DNA of 51,920 nucleotides from a virus (IMGVR_UViG_3300018080_000234:1-51920); one strand, 5' to 3'. Shown: positions 26,202 through 36,472, counted from the first letter of the stretch. The notes: generated by a model not told the origin, from the letters alone. Made by a program: numbers and translations.

Positions 26202-27558
26202 TTTTCGCTCATTGCCCCTGGGAGACAGGGCTGAACTCATTGATTCGATAAGCCCAGAGGAGGCAATGTCTCTTTATTACGATTGGCGTTTTTGGGCACG
26301 TCCAGAACAGCTTGAGCCAAAAGAGCTTGGGAGGAATGGGAAGTTTATTTGGTTTTCGCTTTCCGGCAGGGGAACCGGGAAAACTCGTCAATACGCGGAA
26401 TGGGTTATTGATAAAGTACAAAATTATGGATATAGATATATCTCTCTTATAGGCGCCGCAGCGGATGAAGTACGGAATATTATGATTGAGGGGGAGAGTG
26501 GTATTTTGAACTGCTCTCCTCCCTGGTTTATTCCGATTTATGAGCCTTCGAAGAAAAGGCTATTGTGGCCAAATGGTGCTGTTGCTCAGATTTTCTATGG
26601 TAGTGAGCCCGATAAAGCGCGTGGGGCTCAGTCTGACCTTGTGTGGATGGATGAGCTTGCCAAGTGGAAATACCCGGAACAGGCCTTCGACAATATTTTG
26701 CTTGGATTGCGTTTGGGGGAGAATCCCTTATGCGGAGTATCCACAACCCCTCGGCCCACAAAATTCATAAAAGAGCTTGTAGAGCGTCCAGAGGTAATAG
26801 TGACGAGGGGCCATACAATGGACAATATCGACAATTTGGCAGAGCCATTCATTCATACCGTTATCAGAAAATACATGGGGACACGGCTCGGACGTCAGGA
26901 GCTTGATGCCGTAATCCTCGATGATAATCCAAACGCTCTATGGAAAAGAAAAGACCTGGATGACTATAGAGTCGAAAAGGCCCCGGATCTCTACAGGATT
27001 ATTACTGCTGTTGATCCTGAAGCCACAGATTCCGAAGAAAGCAGCGAAACCGGTATCGTTATAGTTGGCGAAGGCAAGGCAATGCCCGGTATGAGAAATC
27101 AAGATCTGCCTCACTTTTATGTAATAGATGATATGTCACTGAAGGGATCTCCCAACGGATGGGGCAGGCAAGTGGTAACTGCATTTAATAAATACGAATG
27201 CGACAGGATCATCGCAGAGAAAAACAACGGTGGAGATATGGTGAAATCTACTATCCACAATGTTGATGCGAAGGTCCCTTTTTCTCCTGTTTGGGCAAGC
27301 AGGGGGAAGTATGTGAGAGCTGAGCCGATATCGGCATTATATGAGCAAGGAAGAGTACATCATGTTGGTTCGTTTCCCATACTGGAGGACCAGCTTTGCG
27401 AGTGGGTTCCCGGGGAGAAATCACCAGATAGACTGGACGCCCTGGTATGGGGTGTTACATGGTTATCCGAAAAAGAATCTATTGCTCAGGCCCCCTCTGT
27501 CCGGGCACATGGCAAGAATCCAAAATTCAGGAGCAAGGTAACGAATTTACCAACTTGA
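26167..27558 (+). CDS. terL: Terminase large subunit
   Basis: Walker A GRGTGKT, Walker B VWMDE, TTP motif, RNase H-like AVDP...SPDRLDALVW. Confidence 0.95.
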   Translation: MQIQNQNPTASDFRSLPLGDRAELIDSISPEEAMSLYYDWRFWARPEQLEPKELGRNGKFIWFSLSGRGTGKTRQYAEWVIDKVQNYGYRYISLIGAAADEVRNIMIEGESGILNCSPPWFIPIYEPSKKRLLWPNGAVAQIFYGSEPDKARGAQSDLVWMDELAKWKYPEQAFDNILLGLRLGENPLCGVSTTPRPTKFIKELVERPEVIVTRGHTMDNIDNLAEPFIHTVIRKYMGTRLGRQELDAVILDDNPNALWKRKDLDDYRVEKAPDLYRIITAVDPEATDSEESSETGIVIVGEGKAMPGMRNQDLPHFYVIDDMSLKGSPNGWGRQVVTAFNKYECDRIIAEKNNGGDMVKSTIHNVDAKVPFSPVWASRGKYVRAEPISALYEQGRVHHVGSFPILEDQLCEWVPGEKSPDRLDALVWGVTWLSEKESIAQAPSVRAHGKNPKFRSKVTNLPT

Positions 27559-27560
27559 TT

Positions 27561-29747
27561 ATGGCACAATCCAGCTTATTGAAAGAGGTTACGCAATACG
27601 GCGATAGATACATGAGGTTGTCCGAGGTGCTTTTCTATTCCTCGGAGCGCAGTGTTGAGCAATACAAAAAGATGCGCATGTATCCCATGTGTTGGATGGG
27701 GCTGAATTTCATCAAGCTCGGCTTGCCGGATGTTCCCTTTTCCATTGAATGCGATGAGGATGTGAATATTAAGCTCCTCACCGAGAAGATGTTCAAAAAA
27801 TTCTGGAAGCGGATGATCAGAGAGGCTCTTGAATCTCTGGACTTTGGCTTCAAGGCGTGCGAGATCCGATATCAGGCAAGCAGTTTTAAATATCAGAATG
27901 AAAACGAGGAAACAGACACATTCGATGGAATGGTACTGCGAAGGCCAAAGGGGCTGGACGGTGAAACAATCGAGATACTCATCGATGAGCCCGAAGGGAG
28001 CCTTAGGGGGTTCCGGCAGAATCATGAAATCGATGTGCTTGTAAAAGACAGAAAAGCACTTCTTTTTACGCATAATCTTGAATCCGGGAATTACTACGGC
28101 ATATCCGCACAGGAGCCAATTTACCCATTCTGGTATGATGCGAATATCAATCGCCAATTTCACATGCGATGGCTTGAGCGGAAAGGGACTGGCATATTCA
28201 AGGGCATTTATCCTGTCGGGAATTCACCTGTCGATGGGACTGATACAGACAATCAGGACGTCATGCTTGACCTCCTTGATGGTATTATGGAGGGGACGGC
28301 TGTTTCCTTACCATCAGGCCGGGATGAGAGCGGCAATCTACAATGGGATATCTCGATACTCGACAGCGAGGATAAGACAGACCCTTTTATAGAGCGTGCA
28401 AAATATCTCGATGAAACGATTTTAAGAGGGCTTGTGATACCGGAGAAAGCACTCACCCAGGGGGAGGTCGGGGCCCGTGCGAGCATTGAGGCATTTCAGG
28501 ATCTCTTTATAAATCGCAAGCAGGATATCCTTGATCAGATTGTCGATACGATTGACCGATACCTACTTCCGCATTTCGTTGAATTGAATTTCGGCCAGGA
28601 TATAGAAGTCCATGTAAGAGCCGGAAAGCTCGATGATGACAGCAAATTCACAGCGAGTGAAATAGTTAAGAAGCTCATAGAGAAGGGCTCCGAGAAGGTC
28701 GAGCAACAATGGCTTATTGATAAAACAGGCATACCACTTGAAGAGAGGAAAGAGGAAATTGATCCTGATGAGATTGTTGAATTTCCTGAAGATGAGATAC
28801 CGCTCCCCGGGGAAGAAATACCGTCCAACATTGAAGAAGAGGTGAGCGGATTTTCCGATTCCAGATGGCGGGCGTTAACGAAGAGGGAGCAGGCATTCAA
28901 GATGTCTCAGCTCGGTTCATTTCTTGACGATGAGAGTGCAAAATTCCAAAAGGACATGACCGATGAGCTTCTCAAGCAGGCAGACAGAATCAAAGGGTTC
29001 GTTGATAGGAATTTCGGTAATGATAAGCCTGCAAATATAGCGAACAAAATAGAAATAAAGAAATCACCCATCAAACGCATTTTAAGGAATTATCTTCAGA
29101 GCGTTTATGATTATTCATACAGCAATTTTAAGTCCAGCGTGGAGGGTGTGAAATTTACCGTCACCACCGATAATACAAAGGATTTCATCGGCTTTCGCTC
29201 CGATCTCACATCCAACGGCATATCCACAGACATTGAATCATCCGTCAAATACCAGACGATGAATGATCTCTCGAAGGGGATCGGCAAACTCGAGGTATTG
29301 GAAAACATCATCAATACCGTTAAGAATTACATTTCGGCGAGACTCCCCAATGTCGCAGAGACAGAGATCGGATTCACGCTCGATAAATCCAATAACGATT
29401 ATTATATCGAAAATCAGAAAAAAGTCAAGCAGGGGCTGCTGCCATCCAACAAGGCAATAGTGCGATTTCAGTATTCTGCAATTCTCGACAATAAGGTTTG
29501 CCCGTTGTGCGCTGAATTGGACGGGACCATTGTAGAGGGAGAATCGCCAATCAAGGGACAATATGCTACCCCGATTCATTACATGTGTCGCTGTGCATGG
29601 CTCCCGATAACAGAGGGAGAAGTTGAGGACCCGAGATATGCCGAAACTGATTTGTCGCTAAATAAGAAGGGCAAGCCTATGACGTTAAACGACATGAATG
29701 CCAAAGTGGGAAACAAAATTGAACTCAAGACTTTTTGTTTTCACTAA
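27561..29747 (+). CDS. Portal protein (DUF935/Mu gp29-like) fused to gpF-like minor head domain
   Basis: Follows terL; portal-like N-terminal part (NYYGIS...WLERKG..IFKG.YP); C-terminal YSAILDNKVCPLCAELDG...PIHYMCRC motif. Confidence 0.8.
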   Translation: MAQSSLLKEVTQYGDRYMRLSEVLFYSSERSVEQYKKMRMYPMCWMGLNFIKLGLPDVPFSIECDEDVNIKLLTEKMFKKFWKRMIREALESLDFGFKACEIRYQASSFKYQNENEETDTFDGMVLRRPKGLDGETIEILIDEPEGSLRGFRQNHEIDVLVKDRKALLFTHNLESGNYYGISAQEPIYPFWYDANINRQFHMRWLERKGTGIFKGIYPVGNSPVDGTDTDNQDVMLDLLDGIMEGTAVSLPSGRDESGNLQWDISILDSEDKTDPFIERAKYLDETILRGLVIPEKALTQGEVGARASIEAFQDLFINRKQDILDQIVDTIDRYLLPHFVELNFGQDIEVHVRAGKLDDDSKFTASEIVKKLIEKGSEKVEQQWLIDKTGIPLEERKEEIDPDEIVEFPEDEIPLPGEEIPSNIEEEVSGFSDSRWRALTKREQAFKMSQLGSFLDDESAKFQKDMTDELLKQADRIKGFVDRNFGNDKPANIANKIEIKKSPIKRILRNYLQSVYDYSYSNFKSSVEGVKFTVTTDNTKDFIGFRSDLTSNGISTDIESSVKYQTMNDLSKGIGKLEVLENIINTVKNYISARLPNVAETEIGFTLDKSNNDYYIENQKKVKQGLLPSNKAIVRFQYSAILDNKVCPLCAELDGTIVEGESPIKGQYATPIHYMCRCAWLPITEGEVEDPRYAETDLSLNKKGKPMTLNDMNAKVGNKIELKTFCFH

Positions 29748-29758
29748 GGAGACATAAT

Positions 29759-31081
29759 ATGCCATTACCAAAACCACGCAGCGATGAAGGCAAAGACGAA
29801 TTTATCTCCCGATGCATGGGTGATGAGATTGTGAATACAGAATACCCCGAGCAGAATCAGAGGGCTGCTGTCTGCAATAGCCAGTGGAAAGAGAAATTCT
29901 TAGATATCCGGGATGTTCTCACCGACGAGTACGACGAGGTTCATGATATTGAAATATTCAACATTCATCCGAATGCGCATAAAATAAAATTCAAAGAGAG
30001 CGATCTCGACGAGATGGTAGACTCGTTTTACCGTAACGAGCAATCAAAAAGACCGAATGTCAAGTTGAGCCATTCAGACAAGCAGCTACTCATGAGAGAG
30101 CTCTTTAATGTTGAGGGAGTCCCCTTCGACGAGGAGCTCCCGAATATAGGCTATCTCTATAATTTGCGAAAACGTGGTGCAAGCCTCATTGCTGACATCA
30201 AGGATATTCCAAAGAAATTAAAGGACAAAGTATATAACGGGAAATTATTCAAAACCATATCCCCGGAGATTGTATTCAACCATAGAGGAACCGGGAAGAA
30301 GTTTTTACAAGCCATCGTTTTAACCAATAATCCTTCATTGAAACACATCGCGGATGTGCACATGAGCGAGGCTCTTGGCTATGGAGGAAATTTTGTAATC
30401 GAGGAGGGTAAAACTATGGAAGGCAAAGACGCAAAAGAACAGGAAGGCGTTCAACTTTCTGAGGACTCTGCCAAGAGCTTGATCGAAAAAATGACTGAAG
30501 CTGTAAGCGGTGCTATATCGGGCGTTTTCAAGAAACCCGAAAAGCCTCCCGTTGACGGCGAGAAAGTCGTTACCATGGCTGAGATTGAAGGGATTAAGGA
30601 TTCAATCAGGGCTGAATTCAAGAGCGAATACGAAGGCCAGATCAACGAGCTCAAGGCGAAGCTCATTGATAAGGAGAACGAGCAGAAGAATTTCAGTGAG
30701 CAGTTGAAGAAAATTGAAGAAAACAGCCGGAAGGAAGCAGCCGAGGCAATATGCAAATCGGCCATTCTTGACGGCGTGCCTCCTGTGGTAGTCAACCATT
30801 TCAAACCTGTACTGTTGTCTGATGTTGGGGAAAGAATGATTAAATTCTCCGACACGGTGGACGGTGAAATTGTTGAGGCCGAGAAGTCTCTCAACGATTT
30901 TGTTGTCGGGTTTTTCGATGTATACCCGAGCAAGGTCGATCTCTCGGATCAAACCGTAACATCCCTGACCGCACCTTCGGATGACAAGTACAAGAAGGTC
31001 AACGCGCGAGCTAAGGAGCTGCAGGATGGCGGCATGGATCGCCACAAGGCCCTTATTCAAGCGGGACAGGAATTAATGTAG
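29759..31081 (+). CDS. Prohead protease/scaffold protein (Mu gpI-like)
   Basis: VKLSH, FKTISPE, AIVLTNNPSLK motifs plus coiled-coil scaffold C-terminus; N-terminal MPLPKP..E..EFISRCM domain. Confidence 0.75.
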   Translation: MPLPKPRSDEGKDEFISRCMGDEIVNTEYPEQNQRAAVCNSQWKEKFLDIRDVLTDEYDEVHDIEIFNIHPNAHKIKFKESDLDEMVDSFYRNEQSKRPNVKLSHSDKQLLMRELFNVEGVPFDEELPNIGYLYNLRKRGASLIADIKDIPKKLKDKVYNGKLFKTISPEIVFNHRGTGKKFLQAIVLTNNPSLKHIADVHMSEALGYGGNFVIEEGKTMEGKDAKEQEGVQLSEDSAKSLIEKMTEAVSGAISGVFKKPEKPPVDGEKVVTMAEIEGIKDSIRAEFKSEYEGQINELKAKLIDKENEQKNFSEQLKKIEENSRKEAAEAICKSAILDGVPPVVVNHFKPVLLSDVGERMIKFSDTVDGEIVEAEKSLNDFVVGFFDVYPSKVDLSDQTVTSLTAPSDDKYKKVNARAKELQDGGMDRHKALIQAGQELM

Positions 31082-31094
31082 GAGGTAATAGTCT

Positions 31095-31517
31095 ATGGCA
31101 TGGGATGCTGGACAAGGCGAAGAACGGCATGTAATGACCATCAACGCAAGGGCTGGTGCCACTGTAGCTCCGTATCGGATCTGCAAAAAGGGCACCGATC
31201 CCGATGAAGTGATAGTCACTACAGCGGGAACCGATATGCCTATAGGTGTATCGGGGAACGCAAGCGAAAATAACGCAGCCACTTATGCTGAACACGATCC
31301 GATTGCCCTGAAGGTTTATGGCATCGTGTATGTTGAGATGAGTGGAGTAGGGCTCCGAAGTGATCGAGTTATGCCCACCGCTTCGGGGAAGGGTTTGCGT
31401 CACGTCAATACCGATGGTGTATATGTCCTCGGTTTTGCGATGGAGGCGTGGACAGATGGGCAAATAATTCCGGTGATGATCGACAGATTCTTTGTCGGTG
31501 ATTATACGTTATCATAG
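31095..31517 (+). CDS. Capsid decoration/cement protein
   Basis: Small G/A-rich protein between scaffold and capsid genes (PIGVS...YGIVYVE...LGFAME). Confidence 0.7.
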   Translation: MAWDAGQGEERHVMTINARAGATVAPYRICKKGTDPDEVIVTTAGTDMPIGVSGNASENNAATYAEHDPIALKVYGIVYVEMSGVGLRSDRVMPTASGKGLRHVNTDGVYVLGFAMEAWTDGQIIPVMIDRFFVGDYTLS

Positions 31518-31527
31518 GAGGTGAGTC

Positions 31528-32478
31528 ATGGGTATTAGTGGAGTGACCAAATATGACCAGTATCTCACTGACCTGGCGCTGTCTTATCCTACCGGAAATC
31601 TTATCGGGGAGATTGTCTGCCCGATTAAGCCAGTGACAGAATACAGTGATTATGTGTTTCAAGATGCGGATGATGCAATCGCATTGAGAAACGATGAAGC
31701 CGAGGCGGTCCCTGCGAATATGGTTGATTTCGGGGCTGGCGATGCATATTCATACAGGACAAGACGAAAGGCTTTTTCCGATGTTGTTCGAGACAAGGAG
31801 GCAAACAGTGCCGCCAAGGTCGTCAGATGGAAACAGCGGGTGACAAACAAACTTGTCCATCGGCTGAAGCTGAAGCATGAATATCGTGTCGCTACGATCC
31901 TCACGGATCCGACGAAAATAACCCAAACAACCGATGTTGATGCTGTCGCAAACGCAAGGCTTGATGAAACAACTCCGACTCTGGAGACGGATATCATCAC
32001 GGCGGTAACCACAATTCAGTCAAACTGTGGTGCGGTTGCGAACACCATAATCATACCCTTTAAAGCTGCTGTGTATGCCGCCAAGGTGTCTTTTATCAAG
32101 GATACCTTGAAGTATGATTATGGTATGGAATATGTTCAGGCGAGCTTTCAGAATCAGGTGATGGCTGCTGTCGGACTTCCTCCGTTTATCAAGGGGTTAA
32201 GGGTTGTTGTCTCTGCCGGTCGTAAGGATAATTCAAACAAGGGTGAAACTACGAATCCCGCGGCAGTGTGGGGCAAAGACATCCTTATCGGCTATGTTCC
32301 TCCGAATGTTGAGGTTGATGATATGTTCGGAATTCTCACTATGGAATATGAGTCGCTGAAGGTATGGACGGAGCGACAAAGCGATCCGCGTGGCACGAAA
32401 ATCGTGGCCGAATGGGATTACGACATTATGGAAGCGAACCTCGCATCGTGGTATTTGCTTCAGAACGTGGTCGGGTAA
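31528..32478 (+). CDS. Major capsid protein
   Basis: DQYLTDLALSY...IGEIVCP..PV; NTIIIP; YLLQNVV ending; position after decoration gene. Confidence 0.8.
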   Translation: MGISGVTKYDQYLTDLALSYPTGNLIGEIVCPIKPVTEYSDYVFQDADDAIALRNDEAEAVPANMVDFGAGDAYSYRTRRKAFSDVVRDKEANSAAKVVRWKQRVTNKLVHRLKLKHEYRVATILTDPTKITQTTDVDAVANARLDETTPTLETDIITAVTTIQSNCGAVANTIIIPFKAAVYAAKVSFIKDTLKYDYGMEYVQASFQNQVMAAVGLPPFIKGLRVVVSAGRKDNSNKGETTNPAAVWGKDILIGYVPPNVEVDDMFGILTMEYESLKVWTERQSDPRGTKIVAEWDYDIMEANLASWYLLQNVVG

Positions 32479-32544
32479 ATTTTTTGCTGGCCGCTCGGTT
32501 TTCTCTCTCCCGGGCGGCTGGTAAATTCTTTTTGAGGTGAATGA

Positions 32545-33024
32545 ATGTATTGCTCAATTGCACAGGTAAGGGGATCAAGCAACAAGCTGGAGAATGAGAC
32601 AGATGTGACTGATCTCATTATTACCGGCAGAATAACAGAGGCCGAATCGCAGATAAAAGCTGATCTGTCTGAAATTATCTCCGAAGCTGATCTCGATGCT
32701 CTTGGCAGCGATTCAAAAGTTGTAAATCTGATGGCGATATATAAGGCCGTTGAGAAAACACTCATATACTATTATGGCATATATCGAAAAGCCAATGAGA
32801 TAGGAGACACAGATTATTTTGCGAAGCAATACGACAGGCTCCTGAAGAAAGTCATTGAGGGTGAAATATCCGTTACAGACGATACGGGTACAGACTATGG
32901 AGCGGCGGACTACCCGAAAGCAACATCTTCGAATTACAATCTCAAGCTCTACCCGAGGAAGGGCATTCCGGGATTCACGCCGGAGGGTGCCGACGGGAGC
33001 TATGAGGATGATGAAAATCTATAA
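32545..33024 (+). CDS. Head-tail adaptor
   Basis: MYCSIAQV...ITEAESQIKADL...Y..LLKKV..GEI (Mu gp36-like pattern). Confidence 0.65.
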   Translation: MYCSIAQVRGSSNKLENETDVTDLIITGRITEAESQIKADLSEIISEADLDALGSDSKVVNLMAIYKAVEKTLIYYYGIYRKANEIGDTDYFAKQYDRLLKKVIEGEISVTDDTGTDYGAADYPKATSSNYNLKLYPRKGIPGFTPEGADGSYEDDENL

Positions 33025-33033
33025 GGGGGCAAT

Positions 33034-33234
33034 ATGAGCAAAGAAGCTGAAGAAAAAGCGCAAAGGCTAATACGGCAAATCGGAAACATGTCGGATTTTA
33101 TTACCGATAGTTCGGTACCGATAGAGGCACGAGAAAAAGTGGCATTTGAGCTGCAGAAGCTATTCAACAACAAAATTCTCGGATCAGTGAGCGCTGAGAA
33201 AAACAGACTCGCCCTGAATAGAGTATATCAATGA
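33034..33234 (+). CDS. Hypothetical protein
   Basis: 66 aa in the neck region. Confidence 0.5.
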   Translation: MSKEAEEKAQRLIRQIGNMSDFITDSSVPIEAREKVAFELQKLFNNKILGSVSAEKNRLALNRVYQ

Positions 33235-33731
33235 GATTCAGCGTTGATATAGAAAATAAAGAGCAAGTTGTCAACTGGCTTGAGCGGTTGAAAAAAGGCA
33301 CAGACGATGCACGGCCTTTCTGGAACGCAATGACGCCGAAGATTAATGAGTTCGTTGATAAGCAATTTGATCCTGCATCTGATTCCGGGAAGGGGTGGAA
33401 AAGCCTGAAACCAAAATATAAGACGTGGAAAATCAAAAAGGGCTATTCCCCTGCCATAGGCGTAATGACTGGCAGGCTCCGGGAAGGTGCAGGAGTTCAA
33501 TCGTCGAAGAAATACAAAAAGAAAGAGCTCATATGGGCAGTCAATCAAAACCATGTGCAGGATCACGGCGTGAGATATGCGGGCTATTTTAATGCCGAAC
33601 GTTCTATATATAAGCGAATAGCATTGAGGCTCAACAGCTTTCTCGGAATCGATATCAAGAAATTCGAGGGAGGCTCGCATAATAGTTTCACGTATATCTG
33701 GTTGAGAAATGAATTGAGGAAGCTGCAATGA
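33231..33731 (+). CDS. Virion morphogenesis protein (Mu gpG-like)
   Basis: QF...GKGWKSLKPKY..WK...MTGRLR...VRYA.Y pattern. Confidence 0.65.
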   Translation: MRFSVDIENKEQVVNWLERLKKGTDDARPFWNAMTPKINEFVDKQFDPASDSGKGWKSLKPKYKTWKIKKGYSPAIGVMTGRLREGAGVQSSKKYKKKELIWAVNQNHVQDHGVRYAGYFNAERSIYKRIALRLNSFLGIDIKKFEGGSHNSFTYIWLRNELRKLQ

Positions 33732-34198
33732 TAAAGGAAGTGATAACAGCATTGAAAAATCAACTGACTGTGTACCCCGCCCTGGCTGCTTACGCAAGTG
33801 ATTCAGGTTATATCGCAGAAGATCCCTACGAGTTAGTCCAGTCTAACAAAATGCCATTTTTCAATATTAATCCACAGGGGCAAGTTGTTGAGAAACTCGA
33901 TGATATGTCATTCACGGACATCGAAAGGCATACAATGCAATTCGTGATTCAATTTGCGACAAGGGCGATGGCGAAGAATGTGGCGGTAATGGGAGATGAT
34001 ACCAGAACAGGAATTCTTGATTTTATGGATGATATATGGAGCGGAATTATCTCTGACAGGACTATCGGTGGGACCGTGGATGGCATCACGCCAGGATATG
34101 CTATTGCTATTGATGTTATCGAGCTTGAGGATCAGCAGAGGATATTCGTGGCGGGTGCCGAGATGATTGTCGAATTCTTTAGGGATGTTGCGCTATGA
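33728..34198 (+). CDS. Tail terminator/completion protein
   Basis: Size, acidity, position, and DRTIGGTV motif. Confidence 0.55.
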   Translation: MIKEVITALKNQLTVYPALAAYASDSGYIAEDPYELVQSNKMPFFNINPQGQVVEKLDDMSFTDIERHTMQFVIQFATRAMAKNVAVMGDDTRTGILDFMDDIWSGIISDRTIGGTVDGITPGYAIAIDVIELEDQQRIFVAGAEMIVEFFRDVAL

Positions 34199-35004
34199 TG
34201 GGGACGGTTCAATATCAGGGAAGAGAAAAGGAAGTCTTAATTTTCCATAACGGGAAATGTACGACTGTTGGCCCTGATGGATTCGCGACAATTCCGTTGC
34301 AGGAATGCAAAAGACTTATTGAAAGGGCTGAAGATTTCGTACCGACAAGGGAAACCGCAGAAATGCTACAAAGATTCGACTGGAAGGGCACACCGACTGC
34401 CAACGGGATGCTGAAAGGCGAAAGGCTTTTTATTATCGGGTGCGGTGGGAGTCTCAAGGGATTTGATTTCTCCCGGCTTGATAACGAATGGACGTTGGTG
34501 ATAAACCATTCACTCAGATATTATCCAAATGCGAAGATGCTTTTATTCCTCGACGTAACCTTCGTCAAGGAATGCAAGCAGGAAATTGATGATTTCAAGG
34601 GGATTGTTTTCGCATCATTCAGGGCTGATTATAATGACAGGGAATTTAAAGGTAAGCACATTGTTTGCTTTCCTATAAATAGAAAGGCCCCCCAGGAGGA
34701 TATAAACCTCGGATTGTTTAATGGCGAATTGGCGGGATTAACCGCTGTAAATCTCGGGATAGTAATGGGGGCCTCTGAAATATACTTGCTCGGGTTTGAT
34801 ATGGACTCGGAGGCTGAAGATTATTATTTCTTCGAGGATCAATTCAAGCCGAAGAGCAAAAAGCATAGAAGCGGGAAAGATGTAAAAGTCCTTCCGCAAT
34901 TTGAAAAGTTTAAACCATATAACGACAGGATATTTAACTGCAATCCTGTCTCGAAGATAAAGACGTTTGAATATAGAGATATCGAGGATGTTTTGAATGG
35001 ATGA
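34195..35004 (+). CDS. Maf/DUF115-like glycosyltransferase-fold protein
   Basis: FIIGCGGSL...VINHS...AVNLGIVMGASEIYLLGFDM...IFNCNP motifs. Confidence 0.65.
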   Translation: MMGTVQYQGREKEVLIFHNGKCTTVGPDGFATIPLQECKRLIERAEDFVPTRETAEMLQRFDWKGTPTANGMLKGERLFIIGCGGSLKGFDFSRLDNEWTLVINHSLRYYPNAKMLLFLDVTFVKECKQEIDDFKGIVFASFRADYNDREFKGKHIVCFPINRKAPQEDINLGLFNGELAGLTAVNLGIVMGASEIYLLGFDMDSEAEDYYFFEDQFKPKSKKHRSGKDVKVLPQFEKFKPYNDRIFNCNPVSKIKTFEYRDIEDVLNG

Positions 35005-35638
35005 AAGAATTTATTACGTGATTCCTGCCCGGGCGGGATCAAAAGGACTCCCCGGGAAAAACAGAAAACTCATGAAGCATACATTCAAGAGGATTCCATA
35101 TCAGGGATCGAACGTGGTGGTGACTTCAGACGATGAGGAAATCTTGAAAGAAGCCAAGCAGCGGGGATATCAATATATCAAAAGGAATCCCGAGCTGTGC
35201 AGCGATACGGCCTCGATGAAAGATGTGCTTCTCGATACCGTCAAGCGAATAGAAATGAATGATGACGATATCATCGTGATGCTCTATCTCACGTATCCCA
35301 ACAGGACATGGGGAGATGTGATTGATGCGCTTGAATTCTTTTTAAAGGAAAATGCCGACAGCCTGCTGTGCAAGGCAGATGCCAGGACGCATCCGTATCT
35401 GTGTATGTTTCCAGTGAATGAGCATAACGGAATTCAGATCATTGGACACGGTTTATACAGACGACAGGATTACCCGGAGGTATTCAGGATCAGCCATTAT
35501 ATTTTTATCGGTAGAGTTAAGGAGATTCAAAACCTGAATCAGAATCTCTACAATGAGGGCACGGTATTTTTCCCGGTTGAAGATGGCGTGGACATTGACA
35601 CCGAGGAAGATTTCATAAAATTTCAGAAGGGGGCGTAA
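34997..35638 (+). CDS. neuA: CMP-nonulosonic acid synthetase (acylneuraminate cytidylyltransferase)
   Basis: IPARAGSKGLPGKN, VVTSDDEEI, RRQD, VDIDTEEDF motifs. Confidence 0.88.
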   Translation: MDERIYYVIPARAGSKGLPGKNRKLMKHTFKRIPYQGSNVVVTSDDEEILKEAKQRGYQYIKRNPELCSDTASMKDVLLDTVKRIEMNDDDIIVMLYLTYPNRTWGDVIDALEFFLKENADSLLCKADARTHPYLCMFPVNEHNGIQIIGHGLYRRQDYPEVFRISHYIFIGRVKEIQNLNQNLYNEGTVFFPVEDGVDIDTEEDFIKFQKGA

Positions 35639-35806
35639 ATGGCAACACAAAAATCTACCACTACCAGAAGGCCGATGAGCAGGCGCGATGGATCGGGTCG
35701 CGGGAAGATGGGTGGTCGCAATAGAAATACCGGTGGATGCTCCTCGGGCGGTCCCGGTGGTGGAAAGGGTGGCGGTCGAGGAAAAGGGGCGAACAGGAAG
35801 GGATGA
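35639..35806 (+). CDS. Small basic Gly/Arg-rich protein (55 aa)
   Basis: Read manually: MATQKSTTTRRPMSRRDGSGRGKMGGRNRNTGGCSSGGPGGGKGGGRGKGANRKG; fills the gap between neuA and cysC exactly. Confidence 0.6.
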   Translation: MATQKSTTTRRPMSRRDGSGRGKMGGRNRNTGGCSSGGPGGGKGGGRGKGANRKG

Positions 35807-36315
35807 TGGCGCATACTATATGGCTGACAGGCTTGCCGTGTTCAGGCAAATCAACAATTGCCAAAATCATTTATGAGCAATATGGCGATTATGTTATTCT
35901 TGATGGTGACGAGCTGCGAAGTGGGCTGTGTTCCGATCTCGGATTTTCTGCCGAGGATAGGGCCGAGAACATCAGGCGGGTCATCGAGTTGTGTAAAATC
36001 CTGAATAAAAACGATGTGAATGTCGTCACGGCCTTTATCTCTCCCCTTCGGGAGTTGCGGAGACGGGCGAGAGGGGAGATCGGGAATTGTGATGTTATAT
36101 GTTTATTGGCGAGCCTTGAGGAATGCAAGAAACGAGATGTTAAGGGGATGTATGCGAAGGCAGCGAGAGGAGAAATTGAAAGATTCACGGGTGTTAGTGA
36201 TCCATATGAAAGTGGGGAAGATGACGAATACGAACTTGACGCAGAGTGCCCAATTGAGGTTACGCGACTCGAGCTTTTCGATATTGTGGACAAAATACGG
36301 GAGGATTATAGCTAA
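35803..36315 (+). CDS. cysC: Adenylyl-sulfate kinase
   Basis: IWLTGLPCSGKSTIA, LDGDELR, LGFSAEDRAENIRR, RDVKGMY, FTGVSDPYE. Confidence 0.93.
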   Translation: MMAHTIWLTGLPCSGKSTIAKIIYEQYGDYVILDGDELRSGLCSDLGFSAEDRAENIRRVIELCKILNKNDVNVVTAFISPLRELRRRARGEIGNCDVICLLASLEECKKRDVKGMYAKAARGEIERFTGVSDPYESGEDDEYELDAECPIEVTRLELFDIVDKIREDYS

Positions 36316-36472
36316 AACTATCAGCTATAGGCTAATCATGACGATATTGACGGCATCGATAGTATTTTTCTTCTCAAGGGATTATTATGTGTCAATCGGA
36401 TCTGCAATATGCGAATTGGTGATGAAGTCATTTATATATTTTTTCCATGAAATTCTATGGAGGAGCGAGTGA
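36284..36472 (+). CDS. DUF2061-like small membrane protein
   Basis: RIIAKTISYRLI...KSFIYFFHEILW pattern; start codon uncertain. Confidence 0.65.
   Translation: MWTKYGRIIAKTISYRLIMTILTASIVFFFSRDYYVSIGSAICELVMKSFIYFFHEILWRSE

Noticed and set aside
35690-35800. GG-rich tract as a second GGC-NN array
   Set aside because: Periodicity is 3 nt (Gly codons of the small basic ORF), not 5 nt.
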